Below are positions 52,473 to 64,000 of a DNA stretch of 64,000 nucleotides, piece after piece. The DNA lies in contig NC_043003.1 in NCBI RefSeq assembly GCF_006345805.1, positions 62,248,001-62,312,000 on the forward strand, in the 5' to 3' direction. Made by a program: the position numbers and the translations under genes. Position 1 is the stretch's first letter, and the number at the start of each line of letters is the position of its first letter. The notes below the pieces were generated by a model. That model was not told the origin of the DNA. It did no database searches and was given only the letters and a program-made list of their open reading frames with translations. Source of the stretch: Octopus sinensis. Lineage: Eukaryota.

Positions 52473-52865
52473 CTCTTTTACTCTTTTAGTCGTTTACTTG
52501 TTTCAGTCATTTGACTGCAGCCATGCTGGAGCACCGCCTTTAGTCGAACAAATCGACCCCAGGACTTATTCTTTGTAAGCCCAGTACTTATTTTATCGCT
52601 CTCTTTTGCCGAACCGCTATGTGTCGGCGACGTAAACACACCAGCATCAGTTGTCAAGCAATGCTAGGGGGACAAACACAGACACACACACATATATATA
52701 TACATATATACGACGAGCTTCTTTCAGTTTCCATCTACCAAATCCACTCACAAGGCTTTGGTCGGCCCGAAGCTATAGTAGAAGACACTTGCCCAAGATA
52801 CCACACAGTGGGACTGAACCCAGAACCATGTGGTTGGTAAGCAAGCTACTTACCACACAGCCACT
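52473..52865 (-). mobile_element. Young SINE family A nested in an older repeat
   Basis: CpG-rich full copy; its flanks (gctagaaacagcagc / gctggaatgcctttt..gggctgacctgg) resemble the repeat at ~16220-16375 and ~38710-38880. Confidence 0.9.
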
Positions 52866-53544
52866 ACATTTCTTTATAAAACGAGAGAGTACTATAAGAT
52901 TATATAGCATAAGAAGTGCTACATTGTAAAAAGATGAAGTCATCACTGCTGGAATGCCTTTTATCATCAGTCTACTTGTTTAGGGCTGACCTGGCTCTAA
53001 ACAATGGAACAGCAATTTCATTGCATAATGTTATGTAATGATGTTATTTATCTTCTCACCCCATACAGCTTTTACTAATCATGATATTAAATATTTGATC
53101 AGGATTTCAAAATAGTCTCCTCTCATTTGAATGGGCAGAATTATTTCAGTTCAAACTTGTAAGTCTTATAAATTACTTGAATGATATAAAAATAATTTTA
53201 ACACTTTAATAGTTTTTATGTGATAGATATCTGAAAAACATAGTGTTTCTCTTATACACTGTTATTAGGTTATTTACCTACAGATTCTTTATATATTCTG
53301 TAGTAGACTTCTTTAGTAAGACAAAACCACTAGAATTTGGTTTTGTCTTTTATCTTGAATGATTGGACGCAAGTTATAGATTATAGATAGTATAGCAGAT
53401 ATCTATTTCTTGAGAATATATATTTTCAGGTGAAAGATTCCTTCTTTGTGAATTGTTTCATTAATACATATAACAAGCATGCAATGAGTTCTTTTCTTAC
53501 TCTTTATGGTTAGCTGTTAGTGTTTGATATCTCTTATCTTTTGT

Positions 53545-53740
53545 TTTTTTGTTTTAATCATCAGACTGTTGTCAAGCTGGGGCACCAACTTGAAGGGATT
53601 AGTCAAACAAATTGACCCCAGTACTTGTTTTCTTTTAAAGCACTTATTTTATTTGGAGTCTTTTGCTGAACCACTAAGTTACAGGAATGTAAACAAATAA
53701 ACACCTGTTGTCAAGTGGTGGTGGTGGATAAATGCACACA
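53545..53740 (-). mobile_element. SINE family A, 3' half
   Basis: gctggggcacc..ttgaccccagtactt..ttttgctgaaccactaagttac. Confidence 0.75.
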
Positions 53741-53743
53741 GAA

Positions 53744-53774
<31 letters not shown>

Positions 53775-53780
53775 TATATA

Positions 53781-53952
53781 CTACACTCTCGGAGTGGTTG
53801 GCGTTAGGAAGGGCATCCAGCTGTAGAAACACTGCCAGATCTGACTGGACTGGTGCAGCTTTCGGGCTCCCCAGACCCCAGTTGAACCGTCCAACCCATG
53901 CTAGCATGGAAAGCGGACGTTAAATGATGATGATGATGATGATGATGATGAT
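53781..53952 (+). mobile_element. Young RTE 3'-end insertion
   Basis: ctacactctcggagtggttggcgttaggaagggcatccagctgtagaaac...gcggacgttaaa(tga)n; matches the reverse complement of 22302-22470. Confidence 0.9.
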
Positions 53953-54014
53953 GTATGTATCATTGGCGATTTTCTTTCTCTATCTTCCCTTCCTTGGACT
54001 TTCCTTTTTTCTAT

Positions 54015-54049
54015 ATTTCTGACGAAGAGCTCTGCTCGAAATGTTAAAC
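54015..54049 (+). ncRNA. Minimal PLE-type hammerhead motif (repeated at 54445-54479)
   Basis: attt-CTGACGA-a[gagc tct gctc]-GAAA-tGTT-aaac. Confidence 0.75.
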
Positions 54050-54224
54050 CCTCCTTCTTTCTTTCCTTTCCTGAGCGTCCAATAACACTATACTTGTTCC
54101 ACATCCTTGCGTTGTTGTGTTTTCTCTTTGTTCATGTTTGGATTAACTATATATATATATATAACTATAGTGAGGAACAAGTATAGTGCTATTGGACGCT
54201 CAGGAAAGGAAAGAAAGAAGGAGG

Positions 54225-54259
54225 ATTTAATGTTTCGAGCGGAGTTCTTTGTCAGAAAC
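54225..54259 (-). ncRNA. Minimal hammerhead motif, CpG-decayed (repeated at 54655-54689)
   Basis: Reverse complement: gttt-CTGACAA-a[gaac tcc gctc]-GAAA-cATT-aaat. Confidence 0.6.
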
Positions 54260-54339
54260 ATAGAAAAAGAACAGGTCCAAGGAAGGGAAGACGGACAAAG
54301 AAAATCGCCAACGATACACACACGGTCACATATATATAT

Positions 54340-54383
<44 letters not shown>

Positions 54384-54759
54384 TATGTATCATTGGCGAT
54401 TTTCTTTCTCTATCTTCCCTTCCTTGGACTTTCCTTTTTTCTATATTTCTGACGAAGAGCTCTGCTCGAAATGTTAAACCCTCCTTCTTTCTTTCCTTTC
54501 CTGAGCGTCCAATAACACTATACTTGTTCCACATCCTTGCGTTGTTGTGTTTTCTCTTTGTTCATGTTTGGATTAACTATATATATATATATAACTATAG
54601 TGAGGAACAAGTATAGTGCTATTGGACGCTCAGGAAAGGAAAGAAAGAAGGAGGATGTAATGTTTCGAGCGGAGTTCTTTGTCAGAAACATAGAAAAAGA
54701 ACAGGTCCAAGGAAGGGAAGACGGACAAAGAAAATCGCCAACGATACACACACGGTCAC

Positions 54760-54804
<45 letters not shown>

Positions 54805-54821
54805 CGAGAGAGAGAGAGAGA

Positions 54822-55012
54822 GATGATGGGCTTCTTTCAGTTCACTACTCCAAAATCCACAAAATCTACTCACAAGGTTTTGACTGGCCTGGGGCTACAG
54901 TAGAAAACACTTGCCAAAGTTGCTATGCCAAGGCTCCCTGTTCAGTCCCATTGAACCTGAAATCAATGTTGCTGAGGAGCAAACGTCTTACCATACAACT
55001 ATGCTTGAGCCT
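54822..55012 (-). mobile_element. SINE family A, 5' half
   Basis: gatgggcttctttcagttt..ctcacaagg..gtagaaaacacttgcc. Confidence 0.75.
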
Positions 55013-57759
55013 ATGTAAAAAGTGAGATGCTTACACCAAGAAAAATATTTTACATACACCTTTCAAAACTTATTTTCCTTTATTTAATTGATGCATTCAG
55101 ATACCAACAGCTGGTTATTACTTTCTTTCAACAGTATAAATTTAATGAATTTGTATGATTTAATAAACATTGGATAGCCTTCTGGTGTAGCAAGAACATA
55201 AAGGCTGGATATGAATAATTTTATTACACTGAAAGGCAATGAAATAAATAAGTAGCCTTGCAGGATTTATCTACATCTCTATGTGTAGAATTTCAGAGAA
55301 GCTGGTCTCCTAGCAACATTGCTTGCCTCAGAGCTTGAAGACTCAAGTATCATATATTTGAGAAAGTTAAAAAAGACACCAGTGAAGAGTGTAACTGATG
55401 AAAAACATTGGCGATTGTTGACAGAAAACACAAAAGATTGGTTTAATGGAAAACCAAATAAAGAAACTGGCTGTGTGAGAGGAAAGAAAATCATGGTATA
55501 CTAGAAATATAGATTGGGAGTCATCAGAAGATTAGCAGAACAAAATGTTGTGTATTGATGATGGCAATGAAAGTGATTATTTGAAAGGTCAAATATAAAT
55601 ATATAAGTTCAAATAAAGTAAACAATATTTATCTTATTTGTTTTGATTCAAATACTGCCAGGAGGTGTTTAATAGAAGTGCTAGTAGAAGATCATTAGAA
55701 AAAATAGTTTTCAGCAGACAACCACATAAATATTATGAAAGAAAACGTGTATGTAAAAGAATTAATTGAATGTTATCAGTCACACCAATAAAGTAATAAG
55801 TGCAAATAAGCTTTAAAAAACAATTATCTTTCTTACCTTATCTCAAGAGAATGTTAAAACAAGCAACTATTATTATCTTGATATCAGAGATGTAAGAATA
55901 GTTCAGATATATGTTAAATAGTAACCTCTTGAACAAGAACGACGAACCTTGTTAAGTGAATTGTGTCTATGAAGGAATGCAGCTTATATTCAATTACAGC
56001 TGCCTCAATAGATGTTACAAATTTAAACATAGACAGAATTTTACATGTGGACCAGAGCTTCCATCATCCTGAAACTTTTATTCTAAGATGGAAAGAATTT
56101 TGGTTCCAATTTTTAAAAAATTTCTTATATTCTACAATATTCATACTTATACCTTGTTCTAATTTATAAAATTAAAAGAAAAGGCAAATCATTCAAATTA
56201 GAGTTATAATATTCATTGAATAAAGATAATTTTATATCAATTAATTATAGATTTCATTATATAAATAAGTCTGAGATATGGAAAAGTAAAGGTCGTCTTA
56301 TGTAAAATAATTGAGTGACAATTTAATTTCGCTTACCCCTTGTACATATCTTAATTACAGAAATTGCTAAAATTAAGGCATATTTAATCATTCACTCCAA
56401 CATATAGTGACCAGTATCTATGTTCTGTATATGCATGTGGTTAATGCATAATTTTTTTGCCTGAAAACCTTTGAAAATGACGCACCAGAGTTTTAAACTT
56501 ATTCTCCTCAATACAAATAATTTCTTTTCAACAATAAATGCAAATACATGAAATGTAAAGAAAAAAGTCTGTTACTGTCAGTTTATCCTAATATCTCAAT
56601 CAAAGTTTATTATCTCTTTTTTACACTTCTCTTTTAAGTTCACTTCACAAGTCAAGGTTACAAAATCTAAGTAAGAACAATAAAACATTTCCTTTTCTAT
56701 TATGCATACCAAAGTAAATTTTACAGCCATTAGAGACATACCAGTTTTTCACTTCTTTAATCTTTATTGCCTTCTGCTTGGATGCCTTCAATCTAATGGA
56801 AGAATATCTAGTCTTTGCTATGGAATATATGCACCTGAATTGCAAGTTGTGTAAAAGAGTTGAAACTTTAGGAGATAAAAACTATAGCAGTAAAGAAGAT
56901 AATAACTACATTTAAAAAAATTCAAAGTAAGCATTATCATAGCAGTTTATTAAATAGGATAGCCAAAATTGCAAATTTTTCAACTCTGGGCATTAGAAGA
57001 AAAAGAAAAACAAACTTCAAACTGCATGTTTATATGCTTTCTTTTGTAATTGAGAAGTGTTATTGTCATCCTAAAAATTCATGTCATTGATAATGAAAGG
57101 TTTAGCATAAAGCTTCAATTATTTAATTGAAGTAATTAAAAGCAGCCTAATTTGTTAATGTTCTGAACTATTAGTTTGTTTCATTCAGTCCAGTAAAACT
57201 TTGCAAATGAGGTCAGAATAGACCAAAACATGCCTAGAGTTGTCTGATAGTTGCTGAAAAAAAAAAACACTCAATGACTAAGGTCTTACTTTTCCCATTG
57301 CATATTTATTTCTAGTTAGCTTTTTAATGCTTCATGCATTAACTATACTTGCACTAACTCACCCATTGACTGGAGCTGATAATACGGAATCTTACTCTTG
57401 CTTTTCTATTGAGTCTGCTTTTAGAACACATTACTTTATCGACCTCTTTAAATCTTTAAATCTAAATGGAAAAAAGATATTGTTTCACTTTTATAGTTGG
57501 GTGGTTAGTCTTTGAAGCTCCATTCACTTTGTGAATGTTTGCCACAACAAATAACTTCAGAGCTATCCACTCTATAAAAATAAAGGATATGAAATTATCT
57601 TAACAGTTCCATATATACTTAATTTTCAATTATAAAAGTATCGATATAATGGTTTTATTGTAGAAGAAATTTTACTAATATGTTAAGGCTTTATTTTTGT
57701 TATTTAGCCCAACGAGCTAGAACATTGCATTTTGCTCTTGCAGAATCAGACAAGAAAAT

Positions 57760-58640
57760 CATGTATTTATTATTCAGCTTGAACTTTTCCAGGATAGGGA
57801 GGTAAATTCAGAAGGTTGCAGTACTCAGTCTATGTAGGCTTTTTAAAATGGTTCATATTGATATGAATAATGTTTGGCTTGAACTTCTGTTGAATAACAC
57901 ATACTGTCTAAAGGTAGGATGGGAAATAACACCATGGAGTTGCAACTCTCATGAGAAATGATAGGGCAAAATTTTGCAGAGAGAGTATGCAATGTTGTAA
58001 TAGAGTTAGAAAAGACAGAGAAAGAGTAATATATTTGTGGGTCTGCAGATGTATTGAATTAATTCATGACTCTTTGCTTATTAGATAAGTTGCATTCTTT
58101 TAGATTTAGTTTAGGATGCTTGTGTGTGTAATACAAGTGTTACAATATGGGTTGTGACTGAAATTTAAAGTGGGTGAGAATCAGAGCAGAAGAATTTTCT
58201 GGTCCCAAGATAATGTCTTCTTTTTGTGTTGAAATATTGCATATGTGGGCAGAGATTATCTGAGATTGTAAACCTTATAAGTTATAATAACTATGAGAAC
58301 TTTGTGTCTCATTCATGTGCTGAGAAGATATTATGAAATATTTCTTTCATATGTGTGATATTTGTGCCATGACATTGCTGAAGTAAACTAGGTTGTTATT
58401 TATTTATTAAAAGATACTTTCAAGGTGTTTTTTCATGGAAATAATGCAGATATAGCATGTCTGGATTATATGTGGATGGTGCTTGTATGTAGAAGGTTAC
58501 ACAGAAGTGCATTACATCATAATCTTCATAAGATTGTGTGTGGTTAGAGAGAATAGAAATGGATCATTAGTGTACAAGAGGAATGGTTAGAGACAAAACA
58601 GAAATAGGGGTGTGACTGGGTTGATAGAATGGAGTTAAAA
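57760..58640 (-). mobile_element. Old Penelope-like 3' remnant
   Basis: Reverse complement STQSHPYFCFVSNHSSCT ~ PTDSHxYLxFxSxHP, NLR*SL, ICRPTNI. Confidence 0.5.
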
Positions 58641-59793
58641 AAGAAAAACTCTTCTCAGTGCAAGCTGCTCTGGATTATTCTGACAGCAAATGTTTGATCT
58701 GAAGATAGAAAATGGACAGAGCTCATATATGAGCAGCTTAACTATAGGGTTAGCATGTTAATCAAGGGAAAGGCTTTTTTATTGTCAAATGCAGCAACAT
58801 TGCTTTTGTCAAGAAAGATTACTTTTAAGCATTGGCTTACAAAAGGGGAGACCAAGTTTCCAACAGACCTGGCTCTGTTGAAGTTGTTCTAGTAATTACT
58901 AAAGGGGGCGGAGAGAAAGAGTGGGAGGGAGGAAGAGAGAGAGACTGAGGCTGATGAAAGAGCTACTTGTTTATGGTTTTCTATTAATTTATCATAAGTA
59001 ACAATGATAGAATAATGTTTGGCTGGTCAAAGAGGTTGCTTTTCAGAGGAATGAGACAATGTCACATGCATCCATAGGTTCAAATAGATTCCTATAGAGG
59101 AGATTGAAGAATTTCATGTGAATGAAAATTAACTGTACCGAATGCTTAATGGATAGGATGCTGTCGGTTATGGTTGCCTTGTTAGGTTAAAGAGAATTTC
59201 AGGTAGTCTTCACACATGTAACTGAGTGTACTTTGAGAGAAAGCTGATGTGTATAAACACAGTTTGAAAGCAGTTTTATTGTATGTGTGCTGTGTAGACT
59301 TAGAAGCAAAATGGGAAACTAATGTGGTGGGTTTATCAGAAGGAACACTGCATTTTATTTGAGGAGTGGTGAGTAGGAAGATTCTATGATGCTAATACAA
59401 ATTTTACAGCTTGGGGTTGGAGATGAGAGTTTGCAAGGCTGTGAAATACTTGAAAATATATTTTGCTTTTCTAATGGTCATCATGCCTGTGTTGTAGTGG
59501 TCAGTAAACATTTCCCATTAGGTTTAAAGACTAGAATAATCAATGGATCCCTCTTTTTGTAGGGTGTATAGATGAAAGTGGGGAAACAATAGACACTAAC
59601 TGAACTGAGGAAAGACATTCATGATCAAATTTATGAATAGGAAGCAAATGGGGATAAAGAAAAAAAATAGAAAGTGATTAAATGAAACACTCACACATCG
59701 TGGATTACTTAATTATAGAAATTGCAAAATGTTGAAATACGCCATAATATTTGGAAAGATATTTTATAAGCCTGTGTAAAATTAAAACAAAGA

Positions 59794-60247
59794 AGCATGG
59801 CTGTGTGGTTAAGAAGCTCACTTTGCAACCATGTGAATTTGGGTTCAGTTCCACTGCATGTCACCTTGGCAGGTGTCTTCTATTATAGCCCTGGGCAGAC
59901 CAATGTCTTGTGAGTGAATTTGATTGATTGAAACTCCGTGGAAGCCTGTCATATATAAATATATCCATATATGTGAGTCTGTATCAGTGTTTGTCCTTGC
60001 CACCTCTTGACAACCGTTGTTGGTTTGTTTATATTTCATTACTTAGTAGTTTGGCAAAAGCAAACAATAGGCACAAGTTTGGCTGCATGGTAAGTAGTTT
60101 GCTTCCCAACTACATGGTTTTGGCAGGTTCAAACCTACTGCATGGCACCTTGAGCGAGTGTCTTCTTCTATAGCCTCAAATTGACCAAAGCCTTGTGAGT
60201 GAATTTGGTTGACAGAAACTGAAATAAGCAGATTGTGTGTATATATG

Positions 60248-60278
<31 letters not shown>

Positions 60279-60482
60279 TATTGTGTTTGTTCCTGATCAA
60301 TGCTTGAGAATTGGTGTTGGTGTGTTTACATCCAAGTAACTTAGCTGTTTAGCAAAAAAGACTGATAGAATAAGTAATAGATTTGAAAATAAGCAATGGT
60401 TGCAATCTGTTCCGCTAAAACCCGTGAATATGGTGCCCCAGCATGACTGCAGCTGAATGAGAGAAACAAGTAAAAGGTAAAA
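59794..60482 (+). mobile_element. Two adjacent SINE family A copies (59794-60065 truncated; ~60080-60482 complete)
   Basis: Two heads (ggctgtgtggttaagaagc; ggctgcatggtaagtagtttgc), two gtgagtgaattt cores, one aaacaagtaaaag tail. Confidence 0.85.
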
Positions 60483-60775
60483 GAGGAATCAGTGACTCAG
60501 CTATTAAACCAAGGGCTCTAAATTGGTGTCCCTGGTGTAGGCAGCGCTTTTCACTTTTACTGCTACTAGACAACTTTAAGTGAACTAGTTGGGCATTTAA
60601 GTCTGTGGACAATTTCTATGTAAGTAATGAAGAGCGAAATACCTTGGAGTATTGTTCTAATCTCTTGCATAGCTGTGTTATATGGATGAGGATTAAAGCA
60701 TATCATTTGCTGCTGGTTATTCTGTATAGAACTGTTGAAGGTGTGACTAATTAGCTGATCTGAAATACTGTTGAG

Positions 60776-61029
60776 TAGTGTTTCTCAACCATTTTTCACC
60801 TATGGACACCTGTGATTCTTATTTTACTCAGATGTACCCTCCAAGTCATTCGATATTAAAAAAAAATCATATAATATTTTTATAATTAAGTATTAAGAGT
60901 TGTTAAAAAAAAATTGCTTAAATATTTTGTGTATCATAGAAGTATAACTAATTTATTGCTGATAAATTCTAACAACAAAATCTGATATGGATCCTCAAGG
61001 GCTTTGTGAACCCTGGTTGAGAACTACTG
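60776..61029. mobile_element. hAT (Charlie-type) MITE
   Basis: TIRs tagtgtttctcaacc / ggttgagaactactg; imperfect 8-bp TSD ctgttgag / atgtagag. Confidence 0.82.
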
Positions 61030-61899
61030 ATGTAGAGTTTCAATGTTAGGAGCTGTGTGGTAGAAAATCATGAAGTGTGTTAGCATGGTTAACAGTTATC
61101 AGATGATCCTTTGAGGCTACAGTTAGTGATGGTTAGACTTGGCAAGGGGGTATTTGGAGGCAAGAAAGATTTGTAGAATATTCAGACAGTTTATGTGTAG
61201 TCAAAATATGGGTATATATGTCACTGAGGAGGATGACTGAAAAGAGTGAGGCAAAGTGAGATAGTTAATTCCAATGCTAATGAGATCTTGTCAAACAAAT
61301 TGCTACAAGCTGGAGAATTTTGGAGAGCAGTGAAGGCAGCAGATAAAACTAGAAAGAATGCTTTTAGCCTAAGAAATTGAAAGACTTTGAAATGATATTC
61401 ACAATGTGTGGTGAGTTCTTGTAAGAGTAGATTCTGTATTGGCACATATATTATTTCAGAAAGAAGCTAGCATCTAGAATAACTAGTCTAGTAGAGATAT
61501 GTTAGAGACAGATAATATGAGATTTGTGCTAAGGTGTTGAGAGGAATAAGATTTGAGACTTGCCTGAGAGCAGTATCAAAGTTAGATTGAAGTTCATGAA
61601 GATTAGGTATAAAGGAAAAAGACTGGTGGGAGTCTTAGTATGATTGGTTTCAGAAGAGATAGTGTTGGCAAGAGGAGGAAGAAAAACAAATGATTTTGTG
61701 GTAATACATTTAAGTAATTTTGATGTGTATAAATGATTGTAATAGTTGAAAATACTGGGTGGATATAGCACATTGGTTAACTCATGATTGTACCATGTAG
61801 CCTAAAGTTTAGCTTGGTATCTATATATGTATATAATATAGTCTTTCAAATATATAAGATGTATTCTAAAGTTTATGTATGAAGTCAGCAAGTATTCAG

Positions 61900-62400
61900 A
61901 AATTAAATATTTCCTTCAAAGTTTAAGCCTTACTATATTACGTGATCACCATCAAAGCTCATCAGAATTCATGAAGCCAAGTATTTGCAGAAAATATAAA
62001 GAGTTTTGTGGAGTTGCTCAACAAAGGTGATGGTGTAGTGTTGTAGGTTTCCCTGATCTGTAGTTGGGATGTCTTAGTGCTGTTGAATGAGACAATGTTG
62101 AAACACCCTTTGTTGCTTGCACAATTCCTGCATTTAATATCAATCAGCTATACTTGAATATTAGATAGGAGATGAAATTTGGGAATATATGTATGTATAT
62201 TGTTTAAATGTACAGAAAGAGTGTTTTTAAAGGTGCTGGAGAAACTGTAAGGGAAATGTTCAATATGAAACTCTTTCTCAGTGTTTGAAACAAATTATTG
62301 ATATTAAACATAAGATTATGAATAGTACTTTTTCTAAGGAATCATTCTATTTATGTTTCCATGGAAACATGATTATAGAAAATGTAGAAAATGTACAGGC
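61900..62400 (-). mobile_element. Possible old PLE 3' end with decayed hammerhead
   Basis: Reverse complement IKCRNC (~62130) followed by ttCTGATGAgctttgatggtgatcACGTA (~61937-61967). Confidence 0.3.
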
Positions 62401-64000
62401 TTTTGCATTGCAAAATAATATTATTGATCTCTTGGGTCACTGAGAAATGGGATGGTGCATAGATTTCCAAATATAAGCCTGCCAGGTAGATGATATAAAT
62501 GAGTAGATAATGCTAAAATTGAATTTCTACACTTATGACACATTAGGAAAATCAGTAATAAGAAATGTACATGTGCACATGTTCAAACAATATCTGAAAT
62601 ATTTCCAATGTTTTGATAACTCATAATCATAGTCATTGTCTTTTGTTCTAGAAGAAATATTTCCTCTTTTGTCTATGTTCTCTCACAGTTTTTTGCAGTA
62701 ATTATGAATTGTGGCTTGTAAACAGATTTAGTAACCACATTTAGGATATAAATAACAAATATTTCTGTTATAAACTTGGAATATATTTCTATAAAAATAT
62801 CTGAACTGTATATTATTTATAAGTCAATGAAATAACATAAGAAGTAAGCTTATAAAAATGCTTTTTATACCATAATTCTTTTTAATATGGAACTTTTAAG
62901 CTTGCAAAATCAATATATTTATATTCTTTCTTCTGTCTACTATATTTCCCCTTGAATCTCAGAAATGGTTATTCTGACAACATCTTAATAGCTATTTAAA
63001 TTAATTGTCTTTAGCTTTTGTGAATGAACAATATATTCATTAAAAAGCCGGTTTAGTTTTTCTTAAACAGTTTAATGTAACAGCACTGTTCTTTCTAAAC
63101 TCTGTTCTGTTATCAACAGTTATGTGAACAGTAATCAGTTATACATGGCATAAGGTGGACCAAGAGTAGTTATTAACAATAAGGTTTTCAATGTTTCCAT
63201 ATTTCATGATAAAATGTTTTGTGTATGGCACTAAATGTTTGCAAAATTGTTTGTGAACTAAATGTTATCCCTCTCATAACAATCATGTTTCTCTTCAGCT
63301 GCCAACTAGTTTCTTCATGTGTATCTCTTTAATATCATTGCTTCGTAGATCTGATAGTTAATTGGATAGGCCTACTTATGCTGACAAATGGTTTTTGTCA
63401 GAGCAGAAAAACAGTAGTATAAGAAGTGATATTGCTACAATATTCAGATAGTAAAAGTAAAAAGTAGTATTATAATTTTAAAAGATAACAAAATAAAAAA
63501 GACATAAATCATTTACTACTTGTTTAATGGAAAGTTAGGTGTGAAACTGTGATTGAATTAAATATGCTGCAAAACATATTTGTCTGCTTTTTTCATTGTG
63601 AAGGGACATAAAATGAGATTATAAGTTCTAACACTTTACAAACATCATGATTATTGTTGCAGTTGGCAATGAAGATCAGTTTAGCATATCTTAAACTCAA
63701 GAATTAATTAAACTGTATGAATTGGTTTATTTTAACAAAATCTTATTTCTGTAAAAGGAAATCCTAATTTTAATTGAAATGAAATAAACTTTTTTGAAAT
63801 ACCATTTAAGAAATGTTTGATTCCAGTGGTATACACATTTAAGAATCTATTAAGGATATATTTATAACGAGGACAACGATGAATTTGATTCTAATAAAAT
63901 CAATTTTGTATATTTATATATTGAGACTAGATCTCCCTTTTTTTGTCCATTCCTCATCAGACCTTAATTCATTTAAGGAAACTATACAACCAAAATAGTT

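Larger units (their letters stand above)
53953..54804. repeat. Two 430-bp tandem units, each a tail-to-tail inverted pair of a hammerhead-bearing element with (TA)n spacers
   Basis: Units start at 53953 and 54383; 53953-54101 is the reverse complement of ~54174-54321; the units differ at 54227/54657 (t/g) and in the (TA)n tracts. Confidence 0.93.
58650..61800 (-). mobile_element. Ancient CR1/L2-like LINE ORF2 (APE plus RT) remnant with nested insertions
   Basis: Reverse complement ILSDIYTH ~ ILGDFNAH (~61220), PLAKSNH ~ PLGxSDH (~61140), HP.KKRDP (~59560), AF..V.H..LSK (~59260). Confidence 0.6.

Noticed and set aside
53953-54804. CRISPR-like array
   Set aside because: Eukaryotic context, long units, spacers are (TA)n, no cas genes
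53901-55025. Longest ORFs in the window (148 and 162 aa)
   Set aside because: They cross (TA)n tracts and the non-coding palindromic repeat; no protein motif

Overview
AT-rich, repeat-saturated animal DNA, intronic or intergenic. The SINE families and TA/CA microsatellites resemble octopus, but this is inferred and not verified. No host protein-coding gene could be supported: the listed ORFs are microsatellite artefacts, chance ORFs or decayed transposon fragments. The window holds about 25 SINE copies, RTE, CR1/L2-like and R4/Dong-like LINE remnants, several Penelope-like element (PLE) remnants, two DD37D (maT) elements, a DD34D mariner, a Tigger/pogo remnant, piggyBac and hAT MITEs and a non-autonomous Helitron. 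The main unexplained signal is a set of short non-coding elements carrying minimal type I hammerhead-ribozyme (HHR) motifs (stem I-CUGANGA-stem II-GAAA-short stem III-UH). They fall into at least three sequence families and mostly occur as inverted dimers: 241-568, 11435-12017 (tRNA-headed, one TSD around the whole palindrome) and 53953-54804 (tandemly doubled). They may be PLE-mobilised ribozyme-bearing SINE or retrozyme-like parasites. All translations and foldings were done by eye, and the boundaries of old elements are approximate.
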